From Nitrospinaceae bacterium (GTDB lineage: Bacteria > Nitrospinota > Nitrospinia > Nitrospinales > VA-1), in assembly GCA_029261695.1 (NCBI GenBank), contig JAJDAV010000066.1, forward strand, positions 1-58,038: DNA of 58,038 bases, read 5' to 3'. Positions 37,134 to 45,923 of this stretch are shown here, piece after piece (position 1 is the first letter of the stretch; the number at the start of each line of letters is the position of its first letter). The translations under genes and the position numbers were made by a program. The notes below the pieces were generated by a model. That model saw only the letters and a list, made by a program, of their open reading frames with translations, was not told the DNA's origin and searched no databases.

Positions 37134-38432
37134 GTGAGCCTGATCGCAGATAGCCTGAAAAAGGCACTCAAAGAAAATACCTTTAAAGTAAGCCCGGGAA
37201 TCAATCTCCTTAAAAACCTGGGGCAGAAATCGAAGCCTCAAGGTTTCGATTCCAAAGAAGTTAAACGATTCCTGTTGTTGATCGTTGTCCCTGCATTGAT
37301 TCTGATTTTCTTACTTGTCGCTAATCCTTTTGCTCCAAAAAATAAGGTCTTAATAAAATCACCGGTAGTAGCACAAACGCCACCCCCTGCCCCACCAGCA
37401 CCACCAGCACCCGTTAAACAAAAGGCCATAAAGCCAACTCCACCGCCCCCTGTCGCAGCAAAGCCAGTTCGCCCTGTTGCCACAAAGCCTGTTCCGAGGA
37501 AAATCCCAGATAATTTACCTATGATTGAGCCCGGGATGAAAGAAGTAACAATGGAAGAGCTTAATGCACCGGCAAGAAAACCTGCGGCAAAAATGGAACA
37601 ACCCATGGCTCGGGTAGAATTAAAGGAGCCACCGGATAACCCACCTGCTCCAATAAGAATTAAGCCCAAACCACCCGTTAAGAAAAAAGTACTGGCAGCT
37701 CCAAAACCAAAACCGGTATCTCCACCACCTGTTGAGGAAGAAGTGGCCATCGAAACTAGACCTGCAGAACCAAAAATGCCAGAAAGAAATAGAAATCAGG
37801 TTGCAGCTCGGGTTCCCAAACAAAGGGAAGTTACTTTTCCAAATTTGCCAGAGCCAGATATATTCAAAAATGGCGACTACTATTTTAATCGTGCAATTTT
37901 CTTCCAGCAGTCGAGAGATTGGGAAAATGCCCTGTCAAACTATGCAGAAGCCGCAAAACATAGCCCAGGTAACCCTGACATTTACAATAATATGGGGGTC
38001 ATCCATAAGGAATTACGCCAATACAACCGTGCCATTGAGGAATTTTTAAGGGCAGTATATTTGAAACCCGATTACGCCAAGCCCTACAATAATATTGGTG
38101 TGGTATACTTTGCTAAAGAAGACTATTTAACGGCGATTCAGAATTACAAGAAAGCCATCTCGATTGATCCTAAAAATCTTGAAGCTTTGAATAATTTATC
38201 TGTCGCGTATAAAAAAATGGGGCAACTGGAAAAAGCCAAATCCGTTTTAAATCAGGCATTGAAGTTGGGGGCAAACCATGCAGGAACCCATTATAATTTA
38301 GCGGTACTTCATGAAGAGACGGGGAACATGGAATCGGCTATACATTTTTACCAGAAATTTTCCAAACTGGGTATAACCAGCCATCCGGCTCTAGTCAGAA
38401 AAGTTGAAAAGCATATCAAAACTTTGAGATAA
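37134..38432 (+). CDS. Membrane-anchored Pro-rich / TPR-repeat protein (MshN-like position)
   Basis: GTG start after GAGAGGG. TM helix FLLLIVVPALILIFLLVA. About 130-aa P/A/K/V-rich region. At least five TPR units (e.g. AIEEFLRAVYLKPDYAKPYNNIGVVY, AIQNYKKAISIDPKNLEALNNLSVAY). Confidence 0.8.
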   Translation: MSLIADSLKKALKENTFKVSPGINLLKNLGQKSKPQGFDSKEVKRFLLLIVVPALILIFLLVANPFAPKNKVLIKSPVVAQTPPPAPPAPPAPVKQKAIKPTPPPPVAAKPVRPVATKPVPRKIPDNLPMIEPGMKEVTMEELNAPARKPAAKMEQPMARVELKEPPDNPPAPIRIKPKPPVKKKVLAAPKPKPVSPPPVEEEVAIETRPAEPKMPERNRNQVAARVPKQREVTFPNLPEPDIFKNGDYYFNRAIFFQQSRDWENALSNYAEAAKHSPGNPDIYNNMGVIHKELRQYNRAIEEFLRAVYLKPDYAKPYNNIGVVYFAKEDYLTAIQNYKKAISIDPKNLEALNNLSVAYKKMGQLEKAKSVLNQALKLGANHAGTHYNLAVLHEETGNMESAIHFYQKFSKLGITSHPALVRKVEKHIKTLR

Positions 38433-38471
38433 AACAGAAAACCCCCCTCACTAACTTTCCATTAGGCATTC

Positions 38472-39110
38472 ATGTTTAAAAAAGCTCTAAAGAAAAATTT
38501 GATCGCCGGACTGCTCGTTACCATACCCGCGGCTTTAACTTACATGATTTTATCCTTTGTCATCACGCGTGTTGACAAGGCAATGAAACCAGTGATCACA
38601 GGAATTTTAGGGCCTCAAAATATTGAGCTAATGGAAAAATGGCATGTTCCAGGAATGGGGTTTTTATTTCTAGCCATTTTTATTGTTGCGGTAGGTTTGG
38701 TTGGAACCAATTTTATCGGGAAAAAAGTTGTCGCAATGGGAGAGAAAATTCTCCACAATATCCCCGTCGTACGCGTCATTTATACTAGTATTAAAAAGGT
38801 GGTAGATACGGTTTCTTTGACCGAAACGCCAACTTTCCAGAAGATGGTTCTCGTTACATATCCAAGAGAACCCTTGAAAACTTTAGGTATTGTTTGTTGC
38901 GATACTCCAGAAGGCATCACAGATGGCGAAAAAATGCTGAATATCTTTGTCCCCACTTCTCCCAACCCGACAACAGGGTTTCTTTTTATGCTACCCGAAA
39001 AAGACACACAACCTCTTAAAATGTCTGTTGAGGAAGGCTTGAAGATGATTATTTCTTTTGGAATGACACATCCAAATGCTGGCGAGGAAACAGAAGCAAC
39101 TAAAGACTAA
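38472..39110 (+). CDS. DUF502-family membrane protein
   Basis: Two N-terminal TM helices and the conserved VPTSPNPTTGFLFMLP motif. Confidence 0.8.
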   Translation: MFKKALKKNLIAGLLVTIPAALTYMILSFVITRVDKAMKPVITGILGPQNIELMEKWHVPGMGFLFLAIFIVAVGLVGTNFIGKKVVAMGEKILHNIPVVRVIYTSIKKVVDTVSLTETPTFQKMVLVTYPREPLKTLGIVCCDTPEGITDGEKMLNIFVPTSPNPTTGFLFMLPEKDTQPLKMSVEEGLKMIISFGMTHPNAGEETEATKD

Positions 39111-39116
39111 TTGTTT

Positions 39117-39800
39117 TTACTTTCCCCCTTCACTTTCCATTTTATCGCCCATCATTTTTTTATCTTTCGTATTTTTCCCTGCAAGAGTCTCACTAATCCG
39201 CTTGGCAACTTTCACATCCAACTGACTTAATACCTTACCAGCGATTTTGGCCTTCATCCCTGACACAATTCTCAGAGCCAGGTCATCATCAATTGCCTCA
39301 ATCAGGTTGGCCGCTTCTTCCGGCTTCATACTGGAATAGACTTTTATCAGAGACTCTACATTTTCTTTGGTTTTTTCATCTTGTATTTCAAGTTGTTGTT
39401 TCGAGTCAGAAATTCCTTTTTCAATTTTTTCCAGATCTTTACTTACCTTTGCCTCAATGGCTTTTATTTTTAGCTCTTTAATACGTAATTCTTCTTCCCG
39501 ACGTTTCAATTCGCGGTTTTTCTTTTCGATGGTTTCAATCATTCGAAAAGTTTCTGGATTCACAGCAGGCATCTCGGTGGGTAGCGCCACTTTTTTATCT
39601 TCAAGTCCCTCGCCGCCTTCTACTCCATCTAAAATAGGCTTGTCAGTAGTATCTCGTTTTTTCTCTGTTTCCCCATCAAGCATTTTTACCTGCGCATAGG
39701 CCAAACCAATTTGAGGATCTTGATCTTCATTCCACATATGTTCCCCAAATAGAAAAGAAACCGTTGCCACCATAAGAATAAAGAATATTTTATTTTTCAT
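39117..39800 (-). CDS. MotE/FlbB-like flagellar protein (MgtE-N-like domain)
   Basis: I moved the start to the internal ATG (MKNKIFFILMVATVSFLFG signal/anchor), 11 nt after the fliJ stop. Coiled coil RELKRREEELRIKELKIKAIEAK. C-terminal MKPEEAANLIEAIDDDLALRIVSGMKAKIAGKVLSQL. Confidence 0.7.
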   Translation of the reverse strand: MKNKIFFILMVATVSFLFGEHMWNEDQDPQIGLAYAQVKMLDGETEKKRDTTDKPILDGVEGGEGLEDKKVALPTEMPAVNPETFRMIETIEKKNRELKRREEELRIKELKIKAIEAKVSKDLEKIEKGISDSKQQLEIQDEKTKENVESLIKVYSSMKPEEAANLIEAIDDDLALRIVSGMKAKIAGKVLSQLDVKVAKRISETLAGKNTKDKKMMGDKMESEGGK

Positions 39801-39810
39801 ATCGTTTTCC

Positions 39811-40245
39811 TTAAAATTGCCTTCCCCATAAATTGGCAGCATTTTCATCTTGAATGGCAAGGTCCTTTTTTTCTTTGAGCTTTTTTTCTTTCAACATATC
39901 GCGATCTTTCAAAATCTCCAAGGTTCTTCGTTTGCGCATAGCCTCGACCACTTCCCCACGCTTTTCCTCCAACTTAACGGTGATCTCAGAAATTATAGCC
40001 TCTTGGCGTTGTTTGTGGACTTGCGTTCCGCGAAAAAAGTTATCATAAAGAATCATCGTTTGAACATCAACAGCTTGTCTCTTTTTTTGGTTTAACTCTT
40101 CCTTTTTGCTCTCCATGATATCTTTCATGAAGCTCTGACTGTCCTGCTGCTTTTGGATCAGGGCGTTGATTTGCCCCAAATCTTTTTGTAGCAGATCTTC
40201 CTTATTCTTATTCAGCCGGAGTATAGATTCAAATCGAAAGCTCAA
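39811..40245 (-). CDS. fliJ: Flagellar export chaperone/stalk protein FliJ
   Basis: 144-aa coiled-coil protein directly after fliI (TTG start 3 nt after the fliI stop). C-terminal RRTLEILKDRDMLKEKKLKEKKDLAIQDE is typical of FliJ. Confidence 0.7.
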   Translation of the reverse strand: MSFRFESILRLNKNKEDLLQKDLGQINALIQKQQDSQSFMKDIMESKKEELNQKKRQAVDVQTMILYDNFFRGTQVHKQRQEAIISEITVKLEEKRGEVVEAMRKRRTLEILKDRDMLKEKKLKEKKDLAIQDENAANLWGRQF

Positions 40246-40248
40246 CCG

Positions 40249-41568
40249 TTAAACCTCCATTATTTTTTTCAATTCATCCAGACTGGCTCGCCAGTCATTA
40301 TTCTCAAACATTCCTTGCCGGAGATAGGGAATCATTAAATCATACTTTTGTATAGCCATATCAATTTTGGGATTGCTACCTTTAACGTACGCGCCAATAT
40401 TAATCAAGTCCTCAGCGGATTTATGGGTCGCCAGAATATCTTTAAATTTCATAGAAAATTCTTGGTGTTCTTTAGTCACCACATCAATCATCAAGCGACT
40501 CACGCTATTTAGGATATCGATTGCAGGGTAATGGTTATGCGCAGCCAACTCACGACTCAAAACAATATGACCGTCTAAAATTGCACGGACCGCATCGGAA
40601 ATGGGTTCACTAATATCATCTCCTTCTACAAGAACAGTGTAAAGCCCCGTTATGGACCCTTCGCTAGACGATGTTCCAGCACGTTCCAGTAGTTTTGGCA
40701 ACATGGAAAAGACCGAAGGCGTGAAACCACGTGTGGTGGGAGGCTCGCCTACAGAAAGACCGATTTCTCTTTGCGCTAAAGCAAATCGAGTCACAGAGTC
40801 CATCATCAGCATCACATCCTTGCCTTGGTCCCGGAAATATTCTGCAATAGTAGTAGCGATGTATGCTCCACGTAATCTTACCAGAGGAGGTTCGTCGGAA
40901 GCCGCTGCAATTACTATCGAGCGTTTTAATCCTTCCTCACCCAGGTTTTCATCTATAAACTCCCTTACTTCTCTTCCTCTTTCACCAATCAGTGCAATCA
41001 CATTTATATCGGCATTTGTATTTCTTGCAATCATACCCATTAAAACAGATTTTCCCACGCCGGTGCCTGCCAGAATACCTACCCTTTGCCCTTTCGCAAA
41101 AGAAAGAAGACCGTTGATAGATCGAATTCCAACATCCAAAGGCTCATTCAATCTCCGTCTTTCTAATGGATTGATTGGGCTACCCATTAACGGATACTCT
41201 GTAGTAGTGGGGATTGGGCCTTTGCCGTCAATGGGCAGGCCATTGCCATCAATAATTCTTCCAATAAGAGCATCGCCAACTTTATAGGTAGGGTATTCCT
41301 CCATTGATTCGATTACACTGCCAGGTTCAATACCAATGATATCTCCCAACGGCATTAACAAAGTATTTTTATCACGAAAACCCACAACCTGAGCCTGAAT
41401 AGGAGGTCTGTTATTGGGATAAATAGTGCAGATACTCCCCACAGAAACAGCAGGACCGTCCCCTTCCATCATCAAGCCAATGATGCGATTAACACGTCCG
41501 GTTTTTTTAACAAAATCGGTTTTTTCAATAAAGCTGCTGTACTTTTTTAAATCAATAGTAGCTTCCAT
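40249..41568 (-). CDS. fliI: Flagellum-specific ATPase FliI
   Basis: Walker A GTGVGKS. Walker B VMLMMDSVTRFA. F1/T3SS-ATPase-like architecture, 439 aa. Confidence 0.95.
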   Translation of the reverse strand: MEATIDLKKYSSFIEKTDFVKKTGRVNRIIGLMMEGDGPAVSVGSICTIYPNNRPPIQAQVVGFRDKNTLLMPLGDIIGIEPGSVIESMEEYPTYKVGDALIGRIIDGNGLPIDGKGPIPTTTEYPLMGSPINPLERRRLNEPLDVGIRSINGLLSFAKGQRVGILAGTGVGKSVLMGMIARNTNADINVIALIGERGREVREFIDENLGEEGLKRSIVIAAASDEPPLVRLRGAYIATTIAEYFRDQGKDVMLMMDSVTRFALAQREIGLSVGEPPTTRGFTPSVFSMLPKLLERAGTSSSEGSITGLYTVLVEGDDISEPISDAVRAILDGHIVLSRELAAHNHYPAIDILNSVSRLMIDVVTKEHQEFSMKFKDILATHKSAEDLINIGAYVKGSNPKIDMAIQKYDLMIPYLRQGMFENNDWRASLDELKKIMEV

Positions 41569-41573
41569 TTTTT

Positions 41574-42476
41574 CTAGTCCTTGCTCTCTTCAGAATCTGT
41601 GTCATCGAAGTCTGGTTCGTTTTCATCAATCTCATTTTCAGGAGTTTGTGGCTCATCGAGCGCTTCTTCTATCTCAGGAGATTCAGAAGCTGCCATCAAT
41701 TTTTCAGGAGGCGCAGGAGAAAGGTTAAGAATACGGTCAATTTGTTCTTCCAGCTTTTCTATTCGCGCATCGATCACACCAAAATTAGTTTCAACCACAC
41801 ACCCTCCACGGGCGATACCTGAGTGAGCTTCAAAAGTAATATTTTTTATTTCACTGAACATATGATGCAGTTCAGGGCGGAAACTTTCCGCATATTCTTT
41901 GTCTGTGGGGTGAATTTTAATAACCATGGATTCCCGATCCAAAACAGATTGAACCGCCAGCCGAATCATATCTTGAACAGCATCTTCGCGTGTAGAAAAT
42001 TCAAAGTGAATGACCTTCTTAGCCAGGCTTATGACCATTTCAACCATTTCCCTTTCAACTTTGTCATACATTTCTTTTCGAAATCCCGACAATTCTCCGA
42101 TCAATTGCTGAGTGGTTTCCAGAAAGGGGCTGAACTCTTCTTTTGCCGCTTCTTTTCCCTTTCTGAAGCCTCCTTCGTACCCGGTATCGTAACCCTCTTT
42201 TTTTGCATTAGATTTTAAATCACCTACCTGCCTTTTCGCCTTATCCATGGCATCTTTAAGCAGTTCCATTACTCCTTGTTTTGCTTTGTCGACATTTGAT
42301 TGGTCGAAGTTTCGGGCTTTATCCGAGTCGTATGCAAAACCCCGTCGGATTGATGGATTTTGAATTGTTAATTCATCAAACTGAAAAGACCGTTCTGTGA
42401 CTTCGGCTTCTTCAACACCATTCATTTGCAGATTACTGCTTTCGAAATTTCCTTTTAGATCAGACAAGGGCTTCAC
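41574..42476 (-). CDS. fliH: Flagellar assembly protein FliH (long acidic N- and C-terminal extensions)
   Basis: Sits between fliG and fliI. FliH-type core KEEFSPFLETTQQLIGEL...IHPTDKEYAESF...GGCVVETNFGVIDARIEKLEEQI. Confidence 0.8.
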   Translation of the reverse strand: MKPLSDLKGNFESSNLQMNGVEEAEVTERSFQFDELTIQNPSIRRGFAYDSDKARNFDQSNVDKAKQGVMELLKDAMDKAKRQVGDLKSNAKKEGYDTGYEGGFRKGKEAAKEEFSPFLETTQQLIGELSGFRKEMYDKVEREMVEMVISLAKKVIHFEFSTREDAVQDMIRLAVQSVLDRESMVIKIHPTDKEYAESFRPELHHMFSEIKNITFEAHSGIARGGCVVETNFGVIDARIEKLEEQIDRILNLSPAPPEKLMAASESPEIEEALDEPQTPENEIDENEPDFDDTDSEESKD

Positions 42477-43464
42477 CTCTACCCATCACAATTGCCCCTG
42501 ACTCTTCCAAGTGCTTACAGATCGAAACAATTTTTTGTTGCGCTCTTTCGACCTCACTTATCTTTGTCGGACCAAGCAATTCCAAGTCTTCTGCCAGCAT
42601 ATTTGCAGCACGATCAGACATATTGGTAAATATTTTTAATTTTAATTCATCGGATGCTGTTTTAAGAGCTACCAACAAATCTTCAGTAGTAACATCTCTT
42701 AAAATAAGCCGAATACCTTCATCCTCAATTTTCGAAATATCTTCAAATGTAAACCTCAGTTCCCGAATTTCATTCGCCATATCTGGATCGATCTCTTCCA
42801 TAGAAGTTAGTATCATTGTTTCCGTTTCCCTGTCCATAGAACCCATTAGCCTTGCAGCAACCCTTTTACCACCTAGCTTGTTTCCAGTAACAGCTCCCGA
42901 ATATTGAAATTCCGTTTGCAGCGCATCGTCTAATTCTTTTAATACTTGCGGAGCAACTCTTTCCAGAGTAGCGAGTCTGTGAACTATTTCCATGCGTTTA
43001 CTTTCAGGAATCTCTTTTACTGTTTGGCTTGCCACATCCGGTTCAAGGTGAGCCAAAATAATAGCAGCAGTTTGTGGATGTTCATTTTCAATAAAACCGG
43101 CAATCACTCCTGGCTCTAAAAGTCGAATTGTTTCCAAACCGCTTCCAATTTCATCGCCTGGTGAAGTAATATTGTTTAATATCTCCGTTGCCTTATCAGG
43201 TTCCATAGCCTGATGCAGAGCCGATTTAAGAAAGTCCGTCCCGGCTCTTCCTAACCCTGATGCACCTGATTCCAGGAGACTGTAAAAATCTTTATTAACT
43301 GAGTCCATAACCTGCATGTCCAAATTTCCCAGTGAGGACATGTAGTTTCCTATAGTTTGAATTTCCCGCTCATCCATATTTGCAAGAACCTGAGCGGCTT
43401 TTTCTTCTCCAAGGTTCATCAATAGTATAGCGGCTTTTTCAGGACCTAAAATTTTTCTACTCAT
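42460..43464 (-). CDS. fliG: Flagellar motor switch protein FliG
   Basis: GPEKAAILLMNLGEEKAAQVL and C-terminal MSDRAANMLAEDLELLGP. 334 aa. Confidence 0.93.
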   Translation of the reverse strand: MSRKILGPEKAAILLMNLGEEKAAQVLANMDEREIQTIGNYMSSLGNLDMQVMDSVNKDFYSLLESGASGLGRAGTDFLKSALHQAMEPDKATEILNNITSPGDEIGSGLETIRLLEPGVIAGFIENEHPQTAAIILAHLEPDVASQTVKEIPESKRMEIVHRLATLERVAPQVLKELDDALQTEFQYSGAVTGNKLGGKRVAARLMGSMDRETETMILTSMEEIDPDMANEIRELRFTFEDISKIEDEGIRLILRDVTTEDLLVALKTASDELKLKIFTNMSDRAANMLAEDLELLGPTKISEVERAQQKIVSICKHLEESGAIVMGRGEALV

Positions 43465-43484
43465 ATTTCTCCAAGCCTTTATTT

Positions 43485-45077
43485 TTATTTAGCCGCAGGA
43501 TCTTTTTCCCGCATCCATTTACGAATTACACCAGCAGTATATTTTGGATCATTACTGACAAACTCAGCTACTGACTCTCTAATATGGGCTGCTTCTGATG
43601 CCATTTCATTGAGCCGTCGTTTTTCTTCATCAACTGCGTCAATGTCTGCCGCTCCCAATTGATCCATTTCAGGAACCACTTCCACCGAAGTTGTCATCCA
43701 GGTAATGATCGGCCGGATGACTCGGGTAAAGAACATGATGAGAAAAATCAAACCCACAACTAGCTTACCAATCTCCATTGCCATATCAATCTGCTCTGCT
43801 TTGGCAATGGCTTCTTTTTCTTTATCCAACTGTGTGCGATCAAATTGGATATTCTCAACTTGTATAACATCGCCCCGTTCTTGATCAAAACCAACAGCCG
43901 ATTGGACGATTTGTAAATACTTCGCCATTTCTTCTTGAGTACGTGGTTTATATTCTGCAGGATCTCCTGTCACCGTTCCATCAATCATAACAGCTACGCT
44001 CAGCTTGGCAATTTCGCCAACCGGCTTGGAAACCCGTCGAACAACTTTATTAATTTCATAATTAAATACCGCGTTGGATTTATTTCTTTGCGCGGCCTGA
44101 CCCACTACACCCGAGGCATCTTCACCCGATGGAACAAGCGCTTGAACGCCCGGAATTCCTCCCGGAGGAATCGCACCAGTAGAGTTCTCTGATATTTGAT
44201 TTTCACTTCGCACCACTTGTGAATCCGGATCAAAAATTTCTTCCGTTCGTTCCACCTGCTCAAAATCCAAGTCTGTAGAAACCTTTGCGATCACGTTACC
44301 CGGTCCCAATGCATCTTCCAGCATTTTAATTATTTTTGCTTGCAGCTCTTTTTCAACTCGTAGTTTATGTTTGAAGTTGGAAGCAGACATCATGGCCTCC
44401 CTGGAAGGTTCCTTGCCACCTGACAAAAGATTTCCCTTCAAGTCAACAACAACAACATCAGAGGCCTGAATACTGCCCACACTAGATGAAACTAAGTGCA
44501 CGATCCCTTGGATTTGTCCTTCGGTAAGAGATTTTCCTGATTTTATTTTCAAAGTTACAGAAGCTTTTCCCTTTGGTTTTTCCTTACGAAAAAGATTGTC
44601 TTTAGGAATCACCAGATGAACTCGCACTTGGTCAACTGCATCTAGCGTTTTAATAGTACGTGTCAATTCCCCTTGCAGGGCACGTTGAAAATTAAGTTTT
44701 TGAATGAAATCTGTCATTCCAAGAGGAGTGTCCTCAAAAATTTCCAGACCCACATCTGAGCCCTCCGGCAATCCTTCCCCAGCAAGCTGCAATCGAATTT
44801 CGTGGATCATATCTGAAGCCACACGGATGGTACGACCTCCATTCGTTACTTCATATGGAACTTTCTGGGTTTTCAATTTTTCTACAATCGCACCCGCATC
44901 CTGCTCTGAAAGATTCGCATACAACAGTTGATAATCTGGAGTTTTCAGCCATAAAGACATGACCAAAAGCGATGCAAGAGCTAATGCAACTAAAGAAAGT
45001 GCAGCGACTTTTTTACCTTGAGACAGTTCATTAAATCGTTCGCCGAGTTGTCCTAGAAATTCCTGAAAGTTATCCAT
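43485..45077 (-). CDS. fliF: Flagellar MS-ring protein FliF
   Basis: N-terminal TM segment. YscJ/FliF motif LNFQRALQGELTRTI. Second TM segment LVVGLIFLIMFF. 530 aa. Confidence 0.93.
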   Translation of the reverse strand: MDNFQEFLGQLGERFNELSQGKKVAALSLVALALASLLVMSLWLKTPDYQLLYANLSEQDAGAIVEKLKTQKVPYEVTNGGRTIRVASDMIHEIRLQLAGEGLPEGSDVGLEIFEDTPLGMTDFIQKLNFQRALQGELTRTIKTLDAVDQVRVHLVIPKDNLFRKEKPKGKASVTLKIKSGKSLTEGQIQGIVHLVSSSVGSIQASDVVVVDLKGNLLSGGKEPSREAMMSASNFKHKLRVEKELQAKIIKMLEDALGPGNVIAKVSTDLDFEQVERTEEIFDPDSQVVRSENQISENSTGAIPPGGIPGVQALVPSGEDASGVVGQAAQRNKSNAVFNYEINKVVRRVSKPVGEIAKLSVAVMIDGTVTGDPAEYKPRTQEEMAKYLQIVQSAVGFDQERGDVIQVENIQFDRTQLDKEKEAIAKAEQIDMAMEIGKLVVGLIFLIMFFTRVIRPIITWMTTSVEVVPEMDQLGAADIDAVDEEKRRLNEMASEAAHIRESVAEFVSNDPKYTAGVIRKWMREKDPAAK

Positions 45078-45119
45078 GAGAGTTTATTTTTTATAGTTAA
45101 TATTTTTTTCGTATATCAA

Positions 45120-45557
45120 TTACCGACCCAGGTCAATGGCTCTAATAGCCATTGCCTTGGACGCATTTAGTGCAGTCACATTTGCTTCAAATGATCTTTG
45201 TGTGGTCACCATATTGACGACCTCTGTCATAGGATCTATATTCGGCATGGCCACATATCCCTCATCATTTGCATCGGGATGTTTGGGGTTGTAAACCAGA
45301 CGAGGCTCCGATTGATCTTCCACAACTTCAGTAATTTGTGGTTTAGTGAGCCTATCTCCCAATTTATTTTTAAAAATACTACCGAATTCACTTTCCATAG
45401 GAACCGCAGTCACCAAAATATCTTTTTTACGATAGGGACCACCTTCTGGGGTCCGGGTGGTTTCGAGATTCGCAAGGTTGCTGGAAATCGCTTCCATGCG
45501 TTTTCTTTGAACATTTAATCCCGATGAACTGATTTTCATATTTGTTAGAAAATCCAT
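45120..45557 (-). CDS. flgC: Flagellar basal-body rod protein FlgC
   Basis: N-terminal SSGLNVQRKRMEAISSNLANLETTRTPEGGPYRKK and C-terminal DPMTEVVNMVTTQRSFEANV rod-protein signatures. Confidence 0.93.
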   Translation of the reverse strand: MDFLTNMKISSSGLNVQRKRMEAISSNLANLETTRTPEGGPYRKKDILVTAVPMESEFGSIFKNKLGDRLTKPQITEVVEDQSEPRLVYNPKHPDANDEGYVAMPNIDPMTEVVNMVTTQRSFEANVTALNASKAMAIRAIDLGR

Positions 45558-45634
45558 AATCCCGCCCTTCCCTTTAGAACTTAACTTCGATTAGTAATAA
45601 AACCCGCAATTTGAGGAGGTTTTGATATTAGATT

Positions 45635-45650
45635 AGCAAGTTCCATACCA
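45635..45650 (-). promoter_or_regulatory. Candidate sigma-54 (-24/-12) promoter for the flgC-fliF operon
   Basis: The minus strand reads TGGTATGGAACTTGCT. This fits TGGCAC-N5-TTGCW with correct GG/GC spacing (two mismatches, at positions 4 and 6). The GC element lies about 80 nt upstream of the flgC ATG. Confidence 0.45.
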
Positions 45651-45923
45651 TTACCAAAATTTCAGACCAGAAGAGAAAGAGCCAACAAAAACCCTTTTAT
45701 TTATATAGACTTAAATGGAGGGAGGGACTTCAACAGTAGGTTTCACAGATACAAAACCGCGTCATATTTTTGGCTTTTGGGAGGACTTTACCCTATCTCA
45801 ACTGTAAATGCTGTGGGTATCCAGCACATCTAAAAAGGAATGGGTTATGGATGACAGCCTTGCAAATGGTTTACAAAGCCTTTACATCCATTTAACAGAG
45901 GAAGGGGGATTTATTAATACTAA

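Noticed and set aside
33689-45557. Reading a secretin adjacent to FliF/G/H/I/J as an injectisome-like or transitional T3SS.
   Set aside because: The two modules are on opposite strands and separated by DUF502. FliF, FliG and FlgC are of ordinary flagellar type. The secretin is MshL/PilQ-like with ExeA and TPR partners. No SctC-, SctV- or needle-type genes are visible.
45847-45891. A 7-bp inverted repeat (ATGGATG...CATCCAT) with an inner imperfect stem, 33 nt downstream of the GATase-transglutaminase stop. Considered as a terminator.
   Set aside because: The loop is 31 nt and the T-run on the transcribed strand is about 10 nt away from the stem, so this is not a convincing intrinsic terminator.
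45558-45923. A possible flgB pseudogene or missed small flgB in the spacer upstream of flgC.
   Set aside because: The track shows no ORF of at least 60 aa. My reading of the minus strand shows no rod-protein N-terminal motif (xNIANxxTPGY-like). The region looks like a promoter and leader (sigma-54-type element) plus the 3' UTR of the neighbouring gene.
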